Source of the DNA: Eledone cirrhosa
Lineage: Eukaryota
NCBI GenBank assembly: GCA_964016885.1
Contig: OZ024751.1
Location: forward strand, 19,282,001-19,346,000
Direction: 5' to 3'
DNA: 64,000 nt
Of this stretch, positions 29,257 to 44,100 are shown piece after piece; within the stretch, counting starts at the first letter, position 1; each line of letters opens with the position of its first letter. The translations under genes and the position numbers were made by a program. The notes beneath the pieces were generated by a model. That model was given only the letters and a program-made list of their open reading frames with translations. It searched no databases and was not told the DNA's origin.

Positions 29257-29682
29257 TGCGATGGATTGGCAGTATCGGTAGAGCATCGGACACCTTACTT
29301 TGCAGAACAGAGTTGTGGCCCTTTACGGTCTGAGTTCAAATCCCGCCGAGGTTAACTTTGTCTTTCATCCTTACTGCGTCGATAAAATAAAGTACCAGTC
29401 ACGCACTGGGGTCGATTTAATCGAATTTCCCCTCCCCCCAAAAATTGCTGGCCTTGTGCCTAGATAAGAAACCATTATTACAAACTAGGGTGGTTGATTG
29501 GCAGTATCGGTAGAGGGTCGGACGCCATGCTTAGCAGCATAGTTACGGCCCTTTATGGTCTGAGCTCAAATCCCGCCGAGGTTAACTTTGCCTTTCATCC
29601 TTACGGGGGGATCGATAAAATCAAGTACCAGTAATGTACTGGGTCATTTCTGGCCTTGTGCCAAAAGCGGAAACAATTATTA
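29257..29682 (+). mobile_element. Two tandem SINE copies (long form then short form)
   Basis: Heads at ~29257 and ~29487; duplicated accatt(g/a)ttacaaactag flanks the first copy. Confidence 0.9.
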
Positions 29683-30049
29683 CAAAGCAGGAATCATAGA
29701 TCAGATAAATGAAGCTTGAACGAGGTCCAGTTAACCTCAACAATTGTTCCATTGTGATGTTGATGATGATGATGATGATGATGACTACTCTGATGATCAT
29801 GATCATAATTGTGATGATGATGATGTCGATGATAAAGAGATGACAATGATGATGGATATTATTGTTATTATTATTATTGTCCTTATTGGGGAATTTTTCA
29901 TTGTTATTTTTTTGTTACATCCTCTGTTTTTGTTTCTTTACACGCAGAAATGAAATGCCCATTTGTACCGTCATGTACCGTCCTGTACCGTCCTGTACTG
30001 TCCTTAATGTCTACTTTATGTAAACCCTTGTGGTTAATAAAGAAAGCAT

Positions 30050-30072
30050 TATTATTGTTGCTATTATTATTA

Positions 30073-30103
<31 letters not shown>

Positions 30104-30547
30104 CCTCTTCCTCCTCCTCCTCCTCCTTATCATCATCATCATCATCGTTCACCATCATCATTATTTTCATTGAAATCAGCGTCCCCCAAACTATCACCAC
30201 AACCATCATCATCATCATCATCATCATCTACATCATCACCATCACCATCGACATCATCATCACCATCGACATCATCATCTTCATCATCATCATCATCACC
30301 ATCGACATCATCACCATCATCGACATCATCACCATCATCACCATCATCATCACCATCGACATCATCACCATCATCATCACCATCGACATCATCATCTTCA
30401 TCATCATCATCACCATCGACATCATCATCACCATCGACATCATCATCTTCATCATCATCATCACCATCGACATCATCATCACCATCATCCTCATCATCAC
30501 CATCGATATTATCATCATCATCATCACCACCATTATCTTCATCATCC
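30050..30547. repeat. (TTA)n / (CAT)n-(CAC) low-complexity tract
   Basis: Direct reading of the sequence. Confidence 0.9.
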
Positions 30548-31234
30548 TTATATAAATTCTCCTCCACTTCTTTTATATCTTTCTCTCTCTCTCTCTCCCA
30601 TCCTCCCCATCCTCCCCATCCTCCATATTTCCCACACCTTTTCCTTCCCTCCCCCCAGCCTTTGCCCCATTAAAGGTCCAGCTAAACTGGTATTTGATAT
30701 AGATTAACAACAGGGCAGCAGTGAATGGATGGATGTGTGGAACGGAGGACGTCTTTAGCGTTAGTTGCCCGTTGCCTCCGTTCCCAGGAGTTCGATTACT
30801 TTGCAAGCCGGTCTGACATTTAATTCGATATCCACCTCTCCTCCACTCCGTCCCTCCTTCGTCTCTCTTATTGTGACAAGGAGAGAAAGAGAGAGAGAGA
30901 GAGAGAGGGGGGGAGAAAGAGTTAGATGAAGACAGGGTTATTGAAACTTTTATAGTAGCTCACTATAGAAAGACAAAGGACAAGAAGAATAAGAAGAGAG
31001 AGAGAGAGAGAGAGGGGGGGAGACCGTTATAAATGCAGAGCGCGGGAGGGAGAGAGGAAGAAACCGAATGTCCACGAGACATATAGAAAAGAGAAAGAGG
31101 AGAGAGAAAGAAGTAGAGAGAGAACGAGTGAGAATGACTGATATATTCTAAGAGAGGGGAAGAGAGAAACAGACAGACAGACAGAGAGAGGGGTAGTGAG
31201 AAAGACCGTGAGAGTGAAAGAGAGAGTGAGAGTG

Positions 31235-31265
<31 letters not shown>

Positions 31266-31560
31266 ATAGAAAAGAATGAAACAAGAAAAGGAAAGAAAAA
31301 AAAACTAACGTAAAAAACAATGAAGGATAAAAACACTGATACATATACATACTAATTCACACACACACACATACACACACATATACTGACACATACATAC
31401 ACATATATATACATATACTCACACACACATACATATATGGATATATATATATATATATATACTCATACAAACAAACACACACATACACTCATAGTAGTAT
31501 ATATACATATACACACATAAATGAATATGCCTACATATACATACAGGTGCACACACACAC

Positions 31561-31607
<47 letters not shown>

Positions 31608-32430
31608 CATATATAGACACTTAACATGTATACATACACACACGAATACACATTCACATGTATTCACACACACACACACAAATATACACACGCATGTATA
31701 CATACACACACACACATGAACACACATACACATATACACACACACACGCGCGCGACTATACTACACACACACGCGACTATACTACACACACACGTATACA
31801 CACGCACACACATATACACACACCCACGCGTATACACACACACACACACATGTATACAAACACACACGCACGTATACACACACACGCGTGCACACACACA
31901 CACACACACACGTATACACACACACACACACGTATACACACACACACGTATACACACACACATGTATAAACATAGATACACGCAGTAGAGAAACAATATA
32001 TGTTAACGTAAAACAAAAAGGAAAATAACAACAAACATTTAAACCTAAAGCAAAGGACAAATAATCGAAAGGGCAAAATCGATTCCTTGCTGCCTTTAAC
32101 TCAGCCTTAGTTATTCCTTGATACTGTATAGTAGATATTGTTGTTATTGTTGTTGTTCTTACCCTTGTTTGTAGTGTTGGGAGTGGTCTGGTGTTTGTTA
32201 GGCTTAGGGTAGTTTTCTGTGGTGTTTTAACGTTATTTGTGTTTCTCTGTCTGTCTCTACCTGTGTGTGTGTATAGGTGTGTGTGTGTATGGCTGTGTGT
32301 GTATGTGTGTGTGTGTGTAGGTGTGTGTGTGTGTGTGTGTATGTGTGTGTGTATGTGTATGTGTGTGTGTGGCTAAACGTACATAAATGTGTTTTTGTGA
32401 GATTTTGAGAATGCGCGTAGGTACACCTAT

Positions 32431-32505
<75 letters not shown>

Positions 32506-32507
<2 letters not shown>

Positions 32508-32561
32508 TCCAGAATTAGCCGTCGAAACGGCTTGAGCTCAGCCGTCGGGGTCCTACTCGTT

Positions 32562-32563
<2 letters not shown>
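32506..32563 (+). mobile_element. Family B fragment (hammerhead 3' half) in (TA)n
   Basis: agtccagaattagccgtc-GAAACGGCTTGAGCTCAGCCGTC-ggggtcctactcgttcc. Confidence 0.8.
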
Positions 32564-32600
<37 letters not shown>

Positions 32601-32614
32601 GAGGAACATAATAG

Positions 32615-32658
32615 TACCACTGATGATGTTGCAGATGTGCAACGAAAGAACTTTGTTA
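32615..32658 (+). ncRNA. Minimal hammerhead ribozyme (family G, element 32597-32895)
   Basis: TACCA-CTGATGA-T-GTTGCA GATG TGCAAC-GAAA-GAAC-TT-TGTTA; downstream gaccctcc...aagtataacaatat is shared with 28705. Confidence 0.8.
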
Positions 32659-32891
32659 GACTATATATATATGTTTATATCTGTATTTTTGACCGTTGGT
32701 CAGTCAATGATAAACATTGAGGACCAAATGAATTAACTTTTGAGATATAAAAGATAGAGAAGCGAAAACCAACCAAACAGTTATTATTTCTGGCAATATT
32801 ATTACAACAATATGACCCTCCGCAAGTATAACAATATTTGTTTCGACACACGATTTCATATCAAAAACCCCGCAAAACAAATTCATCACCG

Positions 32892-32936
<45 letters not shown>

Positions 32937-32940
<4 letters not shown>

Positions 32941-33170
32941 TAAACGGAAAAGAAAATGCTGACAAATTGTTCACAGTGAAAAATAGTTTAATTAGGAATA
33001 AGTGAAAATTAGTAATAGTATTGGTTAGTATTCAGTTTTGGTTTTAAGTTTTACCGGTTGCGCATTTCTAATGCTTTTCAAAAATAATTTTGAGATAGAG
33101 CGCCCGTGATGTTTGCTCTAATCTGATTAGTTTTGGAAATTCTAACTCGTGTGTTACACCTCTATTCTTT

Positions 33171-33172
<2 letters not shown>
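32937..33172 (-). repeat. Family I element between TA tracts
   Basis: Reverse complement aligns with 2816-3000. Confidence 0.8.
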
Positions 33173-33253
<81 letters not shown>

Positions 33254-33256
<3 letters not shown>

Positions 33257-33425
33257 TGGTTACACAACAGTTAGTTCACCATACTGAGAACAATTGTTTC
33301 ACCTTAGCTAAGGTGAAACAATTGTTCTCAGTATGGTGAACTAACTGTTGTGTAACCACTTCTACCTAACTCGTCCCATGGACTGACTGCTCTACTACTA
33401 CGGATATTACCTTCCAGTGTTCTAC

Positions 33426-33429
<4 letters not shown>
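33254..33429 (+). mobile_element. Fold-back element: 108-bp perfect palindrome plus unique 3' tail (family J)
   Basis: Palindrome 33254-33361 centred on accttagctaaggt; GAAA-CAATTG-TT is a hammerhead 3' half; tail aactcgtcccatggactga recurs at ~48808. Confidence 0.85.
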
Positions 33430-33470
<41 letters not shown>

Positions 33471-33505
33471 TACATACATGTGTGTATGTGTGCATACATA
33501 TACAC

Positions 33506-33553
<48 letters not shown>

Positions 33554-34394
33554 AAATGTGTGAAGTCCTTGGTAAATCATAATATATAATTAAATCAAAT
33601 TGTCATGTGCGCGTTTGTACATGCGCACGTCTGAGGGAGAAGAGAGAGAGAGTAAAGAAAAGACATGAAAACATTTTATTCCCAATTTAACTAAAAACCT
33701 TTATTTATAAGAAAACATTACTATAAGACACTTCTAACAGTATTTTCCACAACCTATATAACGACAACTGTGTCCGTAAAGAAATAACGTAAATACTGAA
33801 GTATAAAATACAGCTTATTAACATAAATTAATCAATAGTTTTACGCTAATTATAAATCAAGCTTAAGGGCAACAAATGGAATTTTACCTTCATTTCACAA
33901 CATAGATTAACTAATCACGTAAAAAAGGAGATAGATCTAAATACAAAATCTTAAGCATCATTAAAATATTATCATCAGAGCAAAGAAAATATTTTTCAAT
34001 TTATCTTTGCATTGCTGATACTTATGTGTTGGGCGTAGTTCCTTGCAGAAACGTAACAGATTTTCCAATGACATGAGGCGGAATTTGAACTCCGAACGCA
34101 TAGAGCCGAACAAAATACTGCCAAGTATTCCGTCCAACGCCATAACAATTCCAACACTCTACCGTCCTTGGTCTGACATTTGCTTACTTGACCTCTAAAA
34201 GATTAAAAACCAAAGTTGAGCTTGATCGAATTTTACCTCAGAGTGCAAGAATCCAGAACAAATACCAACGTGCTAAATAATCAATCAAAGACTAAGACAG
34301 AGTTAAACAGAAAATAATCAACTTCGGCGAATCAGTAATATAGTCATTAGCTTGTTTAAAAACATTAATATTTTGTTTAATACTATAAAGTTCA

Positions 34395-34510
34395 TCAATT
34401 CGATATTATTGAGTATCATCCCTCTATCACTAAAATTCGATATAGTTGAATTTTATCCCTCTATCACCAAAACTTGATATAATCGAAATGTATCCCTCTA
34501 TTACTAACTT
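34395..34510. repeat. 37-bp minisatellite x3
   Basis: tccctctat(c/t)ac at ~34419, 34456 and 34493. Confidence 0.75.
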
Positions 34511-34758
34511 GTGTTATTGTTTATTGTTTTCCCTCTACCAGAAAAATAAAACACTACTCAAGAGGTCCCTTAAAGTTGTTGCAATGTATGTCATTAGACA
34601 TGACAATAGCATGGGTATAATTAACCGTATTAGACACTTTGATTCTGCTTTTTCAATAGGATTTCCCATACGCTGACATTAAGTCTAGAGTAAATTTTGT
34701 ACGAAAAGTATTCTCGGTTTTCTTGAAAAATATATTATTCTCTCTCTCTCTCGCTATA

Positions 34759-34797
<39 letters not shown>

Positions 34798-35079
34798 CCC
34801 CACACAAATAGTTACATATACATCTATACACACATAGACATAGACATACATACAGTCATACATTTATACATATACGCATGCATAAATTCATGCATTTATA
34901 CATAGCTTCACACATGAACACACACACACATATTCATCAAGCCATACATACACTGACACTTACATACAGGCATAGATACATTCATACATTCACTCATACA
35001 TACAAAAGCACACACACACACACACACATATACATAAACTCCATACACACACACATACATACACATGTACATAGAGACA

Positions 35080-35140
<61 letters not shown>

Positions 35141-35354
35141 TCTATTCAGAAGAGCAGACATGTCAGTGTATAGTCCATCTCTTGTATGTCTTAGCCAATA
35201 ACATATTTTCCACTGCTTTTCACTGTTAAGCCGCTTTAAGTCTCAACAGACAGCAGCAACTCCTAAATGACCAATCGCAGAAATAGAAAACTATATAAAT
35301 AACCGCTTTCTGTTTGCGTATATAGGTATATATGTATATATACATACATTCATT

Positions 35355-35405
<51 letters not shown>

Positions 35406-35593
35406 ATGTGTGTCTGTGTGTGTGTGTGTGTCTATATATAAAATAGTATATATATGCATATTAATGAATACAAATATAAATAAATAAATATATATATGTA
35501 TATATACACACACACACACAGATGGATATAGATATTGATATATAGCTTAATATATATATACTTTTCCATGTCAGCATATATATATATGCATGC

Positions 35594-35659
<66 letters not shown>

Positions 35660-35662
35660 ATA

Positions 35663-35708
<46 letters not shown>

Positions 35709-35965
35709 CATATAGATAGTTATATATATGTATATGTATACGTATATTTTTGTAAGCGTATATATGCGAGTTTGTGTGTGTGTGTATGTGTCTGTCCGTG
35801 CATGCGTGTCTATATGTCAATGTGTGTGTGTTTGTCTGTGTGTACTACGCTAGATTGCTTCCCATACAACTTCATCGCCCTCCCCCACGTTTGCCGCCAT
35901 TTTCTATCTCTAATGGATGCATCAGCAAAATTGAACTCCAAAGCCGTCTCCCAGCACCATCTCTG

Positions 35966-36021
<56 letters not shown>

Positions 36022-36030
36022 GCATGTATA

Positions 36031-36124
<94 letters not shown>

Positions 36125-36148
36125 TGTATATGTATGTATATATATATT

Positions 36149-36179
<31 letters not shown>

Positions 36180-36351
36180 GTTACTATATACGCACATGCA
36201 TATATATATATATTTATATATATATATATATATATGCATGTGTGTATATAGTAACATATCGGTGGATTTGAAAAAGGAAAATGGAAAACACTGCTCAATC
36301 TGGTATGAGAGCTGATATATTATATTTTTATTGTGTATATATATATATATA

Positions 36352-36403
<52 letters not shown>

Positions 36404-36404
<1 letters not shown>

Positions 36405-36560
36405 AATATTTAATATAGAAATGGCTTCTACAGGACTAGAACTGATACATTCCAAGGAATGAATTAGTTCTAGTCCTGTAGAAGCCATTTCTATATTAAA
36501 TATTTATACTCTGCTATGTATTGAGTACCTTACTGTGGTTAACCCCGATTGAAACCGGGA
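36404..36560 (+). mobile_element. Family A fold-back element (hammerhead 3' half, decayed)
   Basis: Arms 36404-36453 and 36456-36505 centred on cattccaaggaatg; homologous to 1020-1215. Confidence 0.8.
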
Positions 36561-36579
36561 TACACACATGCACACACAA

Positions 36580-36658
<79 letters not shown>

Positions 36659-37079
36659 TTCATATATTCAGTACATATGCGTCATTGTATTTTCAAATTT
36701 TCCTTCCTTCACTCTCTTTCTCATTGCAGTCTTCTGCCATTCTGCCATTCATTCCATCGCCATACATTCATGTATATATGTATTCAGTAGAGGTATGTAG
36801 CTTAATGGTTAGTGTGTTCGACTCACCAATGTTAGGGCATGGGTTTCTCTATGTATGACAACAATATGTGACTGTTATATGTGTGACACCTTTGTCGGTC
36901 TACTGCAATTCCACCCTATTTCAATATGTCGTCAAAATAAGATAAACAACCGTAATTGCTTTTTTTAGGATAATGTTCGCCGCTCATTAAATTTTAAATC
37001 ATTCATTGAATAAAACATTGTAAGATATTAGATAAATACATAAAATATAATGTGTGTGAGATTTTGTGTATGTATGGAT

Positions 37080-37142
<63 letters not shown>

Positions 37143-37204
37143 CGTGTATGAGTATATATATATATATATATATAAATATACATATATATATATATGTATG
37201 TGTG

Positions 37205-37256
<52 letters not shown>

Positions 37257-37336
37257 GAAAAATTGAACAGGGACAGAACAGAGAGGCAGTACAATAAATG
37301 TTTATTAAATTCACGCTCAGGAGAGTGGGGGGTAGG

Positions 37337-37436
<100 letters not shown>

Positions 37437-37546
37437 GATATATATATATATATTAGATGAAGATTAAAAAAGACAAACACGGAATACAATATCATTTATA
37501 CTTATTAGTTTCATGTTTATATATATATATATATAAACATATACTG

Positions 37547-37577
<31 letters not shown>

Positions 37578-37656
37578 ATATACAGTATATGTTTATATAT
37601 ATATATATATTTATATATATACATATTATACTGTATATATATACACACACATATTA

Positions 37657-37704
<48 letters not shown>

Positions 37705-37710
37705 CATATA

Positions 37711-37775
<65 letters not shown>

Positions 37776-37819
37776 CATATTATACTGTATATATATATAT
37801 ATATATATATAAACATATA

Positions 37820-37888
<69 letters not shown>

Positions 37889-37900
37889 CATATTATACTG

Positions 37901-37938
<38 letters not shown>

Positions 37939-37987
37939 TATTATACTGCATATATATATATATATACACACACACGCACACATATTA

Positions 37988-38025
<38 letters not shown>

Positions 38026-38519
38026 CTATACATATATGTACGTATGCAAGTGCATAACATGAAATAAATATGTAAGATGGCGCATAAATAATTCTTCAAA
38101 GACAACAGCATGGTAATTCTGTGTTGATAACTGTAGTTATGGGAATAATGGTTTAGTGGTTGAAACGGGATTAGGTGAAGACGGGAGATAAGATACGTAC
38201 AACAGACATAGTTTCCTGAAGTAAGATGTTCCATCTTGAGTGGAATATATGGAATATTCTTGCACGGATTTCACTTTGACTTAGTTGAGAAAATTGAGGT
38301 ATGTGGATTATATGTGTGTGTGGATGTGTTTGTGTCTGTGTGTTTCAGTATGTGTCTTTTGTGGGTGTTTGTGTGTGTTTCTGTTTGTATAGAGAGTGAC
38401 AATGTGACCTTTGCCAGTATATATATATGCGTGTGTGTGTGTGTGTGTGAGTGTGCGAGAGAGAGTGTGTGTGTATATATATATATATATATGTGTGTGA
38501 GTGTCTCTCTCTCTCTACA

Positions 38520-38557
<38 letters not shown>

Positions 38558-38603
38558 ACACACACACTCACATTCACGCATATACATGCATATATATATA
38601 TGC

Positions 38604-38674
<71 letters not shown>

Positions 38675-38760
38675 TATGTAAAAGGTAAACAGAAATAACA
38701 AAACAAACGGTACAGTATATGGAAGGAATATATTAGTTTAACGCTTGAAATACCATATAC

Positions 38761-38791
<31 letters not shown>

Positions 38792-38792
<1 letters not shown>

Positions 38793-39032
38793 ACAAAGAG
38801 GGAGTGGTAAGATACCAGGTGGACCATAACGCACCAGAGTACTCAATACTTAGGGTAGTAGAGTGGGTAATAGGAAAAAGTTTCGACAGCTATTTCTGGA
38901 CTGTATGAGTCTAGAAATAGCCGTCGAAACGTTCCTATATATATAAGAACGAGTAGGACCCCGACGGCTTGAGCTCAGCCGTCGGGGTCCTACTCGTTCC
39001 TATTACCCACTCTACTACCCTAAGTATTGAGT
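38792..39032. mobile_element. Compound family B element with two fold-back centres
   Basis: Hairpin gacagctatttctggact-gtatg-agtctagaaatagccgtc at ~38903 and a palindrome about gacggcttgagctcagccgtc at ~38973. Confidence 0.8.
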
Positions 39033-39033
39033 A

Positions 39034-39089
<56 letters not shown>

Positions 39090-39239
39090 ATTAGCTCGTT
39101 TAGAATGCTCAACGGAATCCGATCTGATAAAAGCCTACTGCAAAGACAAAAGATCTCATCACCTGATCTCTTAGGAATTATAAGATCTTGACAACATGGG
39201 ATTCTCTACAACGTTATTGGCTGTACCATAGACTGTACC

Positions 39240-39535
39240 ATATGGCAAACATGGCCCGAGTGGTTCGGCCTTCTCTGTATATAAACCTGTAGGTTGAACT
39301 TGAGAGCAAAAGGAAGAAAGGAGCACTTGCACAACACGCTCCTGAAGTTGAGGGTTGTTCTATCGACGGTGTATTAAACAACCCATTTGTGGCACCTCCC
39401 CCTATTGGGGATTTCGATTGTTATATTTGTTTGTTTCATATTTTTACACGACTGTATGTAAAACCCCCGGCATGTGTCTTTGTATTGTCCCCTTTTCTTG
39501 TGCGCCCTTGTGGCAAATAAAGAAATATATCTATT
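39240..39535 (+). mobile_element. Tx1/L1-clade LINE 3' end, more diverged subfamily
   Basis: atggcccgagtgg...cctgtaggttga...ccccctattgggga...cccttgtggcaaataaagaaatatatctat. Confidence 0.7.
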
Positions 39536-39680
39536 GATTTCTAGCTATGTATGTGTGTGTATGTCTGTATATACGTGTATCTCTGTGTGTGTGAATTGTT
39601 ATTTCAAAATGTATGTGTGTGTGTACCAGTCTGTTTACCAATCTATTTATCTGGCTGTCGATCTATCGATCTATCTATCT

Positions 39681-40060
39681 AAATACCACTTTGGAAGAAG
39701 AATCAGGATGGAGAGAGAGGTGCTGTACCCCAGCAAGTTTTATGAAAGGTGGGTGAAAGTGGCGAGAATGGCCCGAATGAATGGGCCTTCTCTCTATATC
39801 AGCCTGTAGGTTGAGGAAAAGGAGGAGGAGGAGAGGAAAGGAGTACAAGCTCTTCGTACTCCTGGAGATGAGGGTTGCACATTTTTTTTCGGGGGTATGT
39901 GTTACCCATATAAACTGTCTCCCTCTATTGGGGAAAATCGACTAATTTTTTAAATTCCATCTGTGATAACATTTTACACGTTTTTATTGTATGTAAACTT
40001 CCCCCTTTGTTTTTGTCCCCTTCTTTTGTGCCCCTGTGGCTAATAAAGAAATATATCTAT
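39681..40060 (+). mobile_element. Tx1/L1-clade LINE 3' end (ORF2 tail plus 3' UTR)
   Basis: [30 protein letters not shown] (stop 39809) resembles the Tx1 ORF2 RIRxE...FxxxW tail; AATAAA then gaaatatatctat. Confidence 0.75.
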
Positions 40061-40255
40061 TAGGGTAGTGGATTGGCAGTATCCGTAGAGCGTCAGACGC
40101 CATGCTTTGCAGCATAGAGGTACGGCCCTTTATGATCTGAGTTCAAATCCCGCCGAGGTTAACTTTGCCTGTCATCCTTACGGGGTCGATAAAATAAAGT
40201 ACCAGTAATGTACTGAGGTAATTGCTGGCCTTGTGCCAAAAGTAGAAACAATTAT
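40061..40255 (+). mobile_element. SINE (short form) with perfect 20-bp TSD
   Basis: taataaagaaatatatctat at 40041-40060 and 40256-40275. Confidence 0.95.
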
Positions 40256-40275
40256 TAATAAAGAAATATATCTAT

Positions 40276-41180
40276 CTCTGTGTGTATGTCTGTGTGTATG
40301 TTTGTCTGTGTATATGTGTGTTTGTCTATATCTCTGTCTATATGTGTGTGTATCTGTCTATATATGTGCGCATGTCTATATGTGTGTGTGTTTGTATCTC
40401 TGTCTATATGTGTGTGTATCTGTCTATATATGTGCGCATGTCTATATGTGTGTGTGTGTCTATATCTCTGTCTATATGTGTGTGTATCTGTCTATATATG
40501 TGCGCATGTCTATATGTGTGTGTGTCTGTCTATATATGTGTATATGTATGATTATCTATATGTGTGCGCCTGTCTATATGTGTGTGTATATGTCTGTCTA
40601 TATGTGTGTCTTTCTATATATATATATGTGTATATGTCAGTCTAAATATGTGTGTGTCTGTCTATATCTGAGTCTGTATGTGTGTGTAAGTGAGTGTGTG
40701 TAAGAGTGTGTTTCTATGTGTGTGACTATACCTATGTCTATATGTGTGTAAGTGTGTGTTTCTATGTGTGTGACTATACCTATGTCTATATGTGTGTAAG
40801 TGTGTGTTTCTATGTGTGTGACTATACCTATGTCTATATGTGTGTAAGTGAGTGTTTCTATGTGTGTAAGTGTGTTTCCGTGTGTGTAAATGTGTGTAAG
40901 AGAGTGTTTCTATATGTGTGTAAGTGTGTGTAAGTGAGTGTTTCTATGTGTGTAAGAGAGTGTTTCCATGTGTGTAAGAAAGTGTTTCTATGTGTGTAAG
41001 TGTGTAAGTGAGTGTTTCTATGTGTGTAAGAGAATGTTTCTATGTGTGTAAGTGTGTGTAAGTGAGTGATTCTATGTGTGTAAGTGAGTGTTTCCATGTG
41101 TGTAAGAAAGTGTTTCTATGTGTGTAAGTGTGTGTAAGTGAGTGTTTCTATGTGTGTAAGAGAGTGTTTCCATGTGTGTA
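40276..41180. repeat. Degenerate TG-rich minisatellites
   Basis: Recurring tgtctatatgtgtgtg and gtgtaagtgagtgtttctat units. Confidence 0.85.
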
Positions 41181-41774
41181 CACACATGCAGCAGCACTCA
41201 ATTGTGGAATTATCTGCTAATTAAGAGTCTATTATAGACTAATTCTGTTCATTGTACGATGAGTAATATCAGGAAGCAAAATATGAATACGCAATATCAT
41301 TTATTGAATGTATATATGTACATAGATGGATGTTTATATATATGTCTATATATATATGTATATATAGACATATATATGGTGGCTGCCAACTCGTTTTCGA
41401 GTACGGCCACTACTTTATATCCATGTAAGAGAACCCCTACCGATACGCTGAACGAGTGTGACTTTTTAGTCCAGCCAGCGACTTGAAAACTCTGGTACAA
41501 ACACTACACTTGTGACAATTATTGACACATAGTGCTGGGCCCATGGTACCATGTGACGGCAAGTGCAGAGAGATCTCCAGATATAAAGCAATGCCTGTGC
41601 CGTGAAGCTTTTATAGTGAGCAAAGGCACTGCACAAAGCCAGTCCCACTCTCTTAACCAAGATGATATTTACCAAAAAGAAGAACAAGTCAACATCATTG
41701 GATACCATCAGGGTTGCAGGTGTTATATCAGAGTTTTCCTTCTAGAATTCAGCCTTGAATTCGGGAGAGAAGAC

Positions 41775-41997
<223 letters not shown>

Positions 41998-42057
41998 TAT
42001 ATGTATATATATACATATATATCTGTATATATATATATACATATACATATATATATG

Positions 42058-42141
<84 letters not shown>

Positions 42142-42179
42142 CATATATATATGTATATATATATATATATATATAAACG

Positions 42180-42251
<72 letters not shown>

Positions 42252-42462
42252 TATATGTATATATATATAAAAATATATATATAAACATCCATCTATGTAT
42301 ATATATATATATATATATATGTATATGTTTATATATATATATATATATACGTTTATATATATATATATATGTTTATATATATATATATATTTATGTTTAT
42401 ATATATATATATATAACATATATATATTTACATATATATATACATGTTTATATATATAAGCA

Positions 42463-42544
<82 letters not shown>

Positions 42545-42747
42545 TACATATATATATATATATGCATATATATATGTATATATACATACATATGCGTATA
42601 TATATATATATATTATATATATACATAAATACATATCGAGTTTCACAAAATCTAGATCACTTCCTTTTCTTTGCTTCTTCCCTTCTCTCTCTTTCTCTCA
42701 CCCTCTAGTATCTCTATATTCCGTATCTTACACTGTCTCCATATATG

Positions 42748-42932
42748 AGGGCGGCGGTTTGGTAGAATCGGTAGATCGTCGGTCACCATGCTTTGCAGCA
42801 TAGTTATGGCCCTTTGCGTTATGAGTTCAAATCCACGGAGGTTAATTTTGCCTTTCATCCTTACAGGGTCGATAAAATAAAGTACCAGTGATGCACTGGG
42901 GTAATCGGTGGCCTTGTGCCAAAAGTAGAAAC
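42748..42932 (+). mobile_element. SINE (short form)
   Basis: Head, B box, core and ggccttgtgccaaaagtagaaac tail. Confidence 0.9.
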
Positions 42933-43148
42933 TCTATATATGGGTAATACCATGTATTGCACGTATGTATATTTACACACTTCGTATGTGTGTATGTGTG
43001 TGTGTTTGAGTGCGTGTGTGTTTTTCTGTGTGTGTTTGTGAGTGTTTGACACTATGTGTGTTTCTGTATGCGTGTCTATATGTGTGTTTCTGTGTGTGTG
43101 GGTGGGTGCGAGCATGTGTGTGTCTTTTCTGGGTGCCTATGTATTTGT

Positions 43149-43223
<75 letters not shown>

Positions 43224-43484
43224 AGTGTGCGCCTCTCCCTATGTCCTTGTCTTAGTAACTTTACAAGTATTTCTGAATAAACAAGCTCAATCTGATCTTC
43301 TGTATGGCCTGCCTAATTTCAAAATAGACTTGAACATTTTAGCAGTTGAACCTGCCTTATGTTGAGCCGTATCTTAAGCGGCCCACTGCTCTAAACTCGT
43401 TGCTCATGCCTGTTATAGACATCGTGAATGTAACAACCAACAGGCAGATACTGATCCCAATATATTACTGTGTGATAATTATTT

Positions 43485-43690
43485 CTAGCATCAGCACATG
43501 GTCAGCAATTTGGCGATGGAGGAGAAAGGGAAAGTTGATTATATTGACCCAGGACTTAACAGGTACTTTCTTTTGTAGACCCACGAACGATCCAACGCAG
43601 AGGTCATCTTGGTGGGATTTGAATTCAGAACATGGATTAATATCGCATATTATATAATCCGTCGTTTTACTGAAACTATCAATCCAGTTT
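43485..43690 (-). mobile_element. SINE, old diverged copy
   Basis: Remnants gggatttgaattcagaac, aggtactt and gacccag in the expected order. Confidence 0.55.
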
Positions 43691-43904
43691 CCTTGTAGAT
43701 AATAAAAATAAAATTAGCCAGAATATTCCACAAAATTTCATAGCAAAACAGAAGTTCGTTTTACAATCACTAGGGTTCGAGCCCACTGCCTGACACGTTA
43801 AACAAGTGCCTTCATTTTATAAATAATGGATTCTAAGGCCAACGACTTTTGGTGAGGGGAAACTCGATACTGCCAATCCACCGCCCTCGCTTTATAAATA
43901 ACAG

Positions 43905-44095
43905 TAATAATGGTTTCTTACATAAGCACAAGGCCAGCAATTTGGGGGGAGGGGAAATTCGATTAAATCGACCCCAGTGCGTGACTGGTACTTTATTCTA
44001 TCGACTCCGTAAGTATGAAAGGCAAAGTTAACCTCGACGGGATTTGAACTCAGAACGTAAACGGCCGCAACTCTATGCTGCAAAGCATGTTGTCC
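43905..44095 (-). mobile_element. SINE (long form), 5' truncated
   Basis: Reverse complement of the long-form consensus; a detached head fragment lies at 43865-43887. Confidence 0.9.
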
Positions 44096-44100
44096 GTTGC

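Noticed and set aside
41380-41770. Protein-coding exon in a unique island
   Set aside because: The longer frames are interrupted by stops and show no motif I can recognise with confidence.
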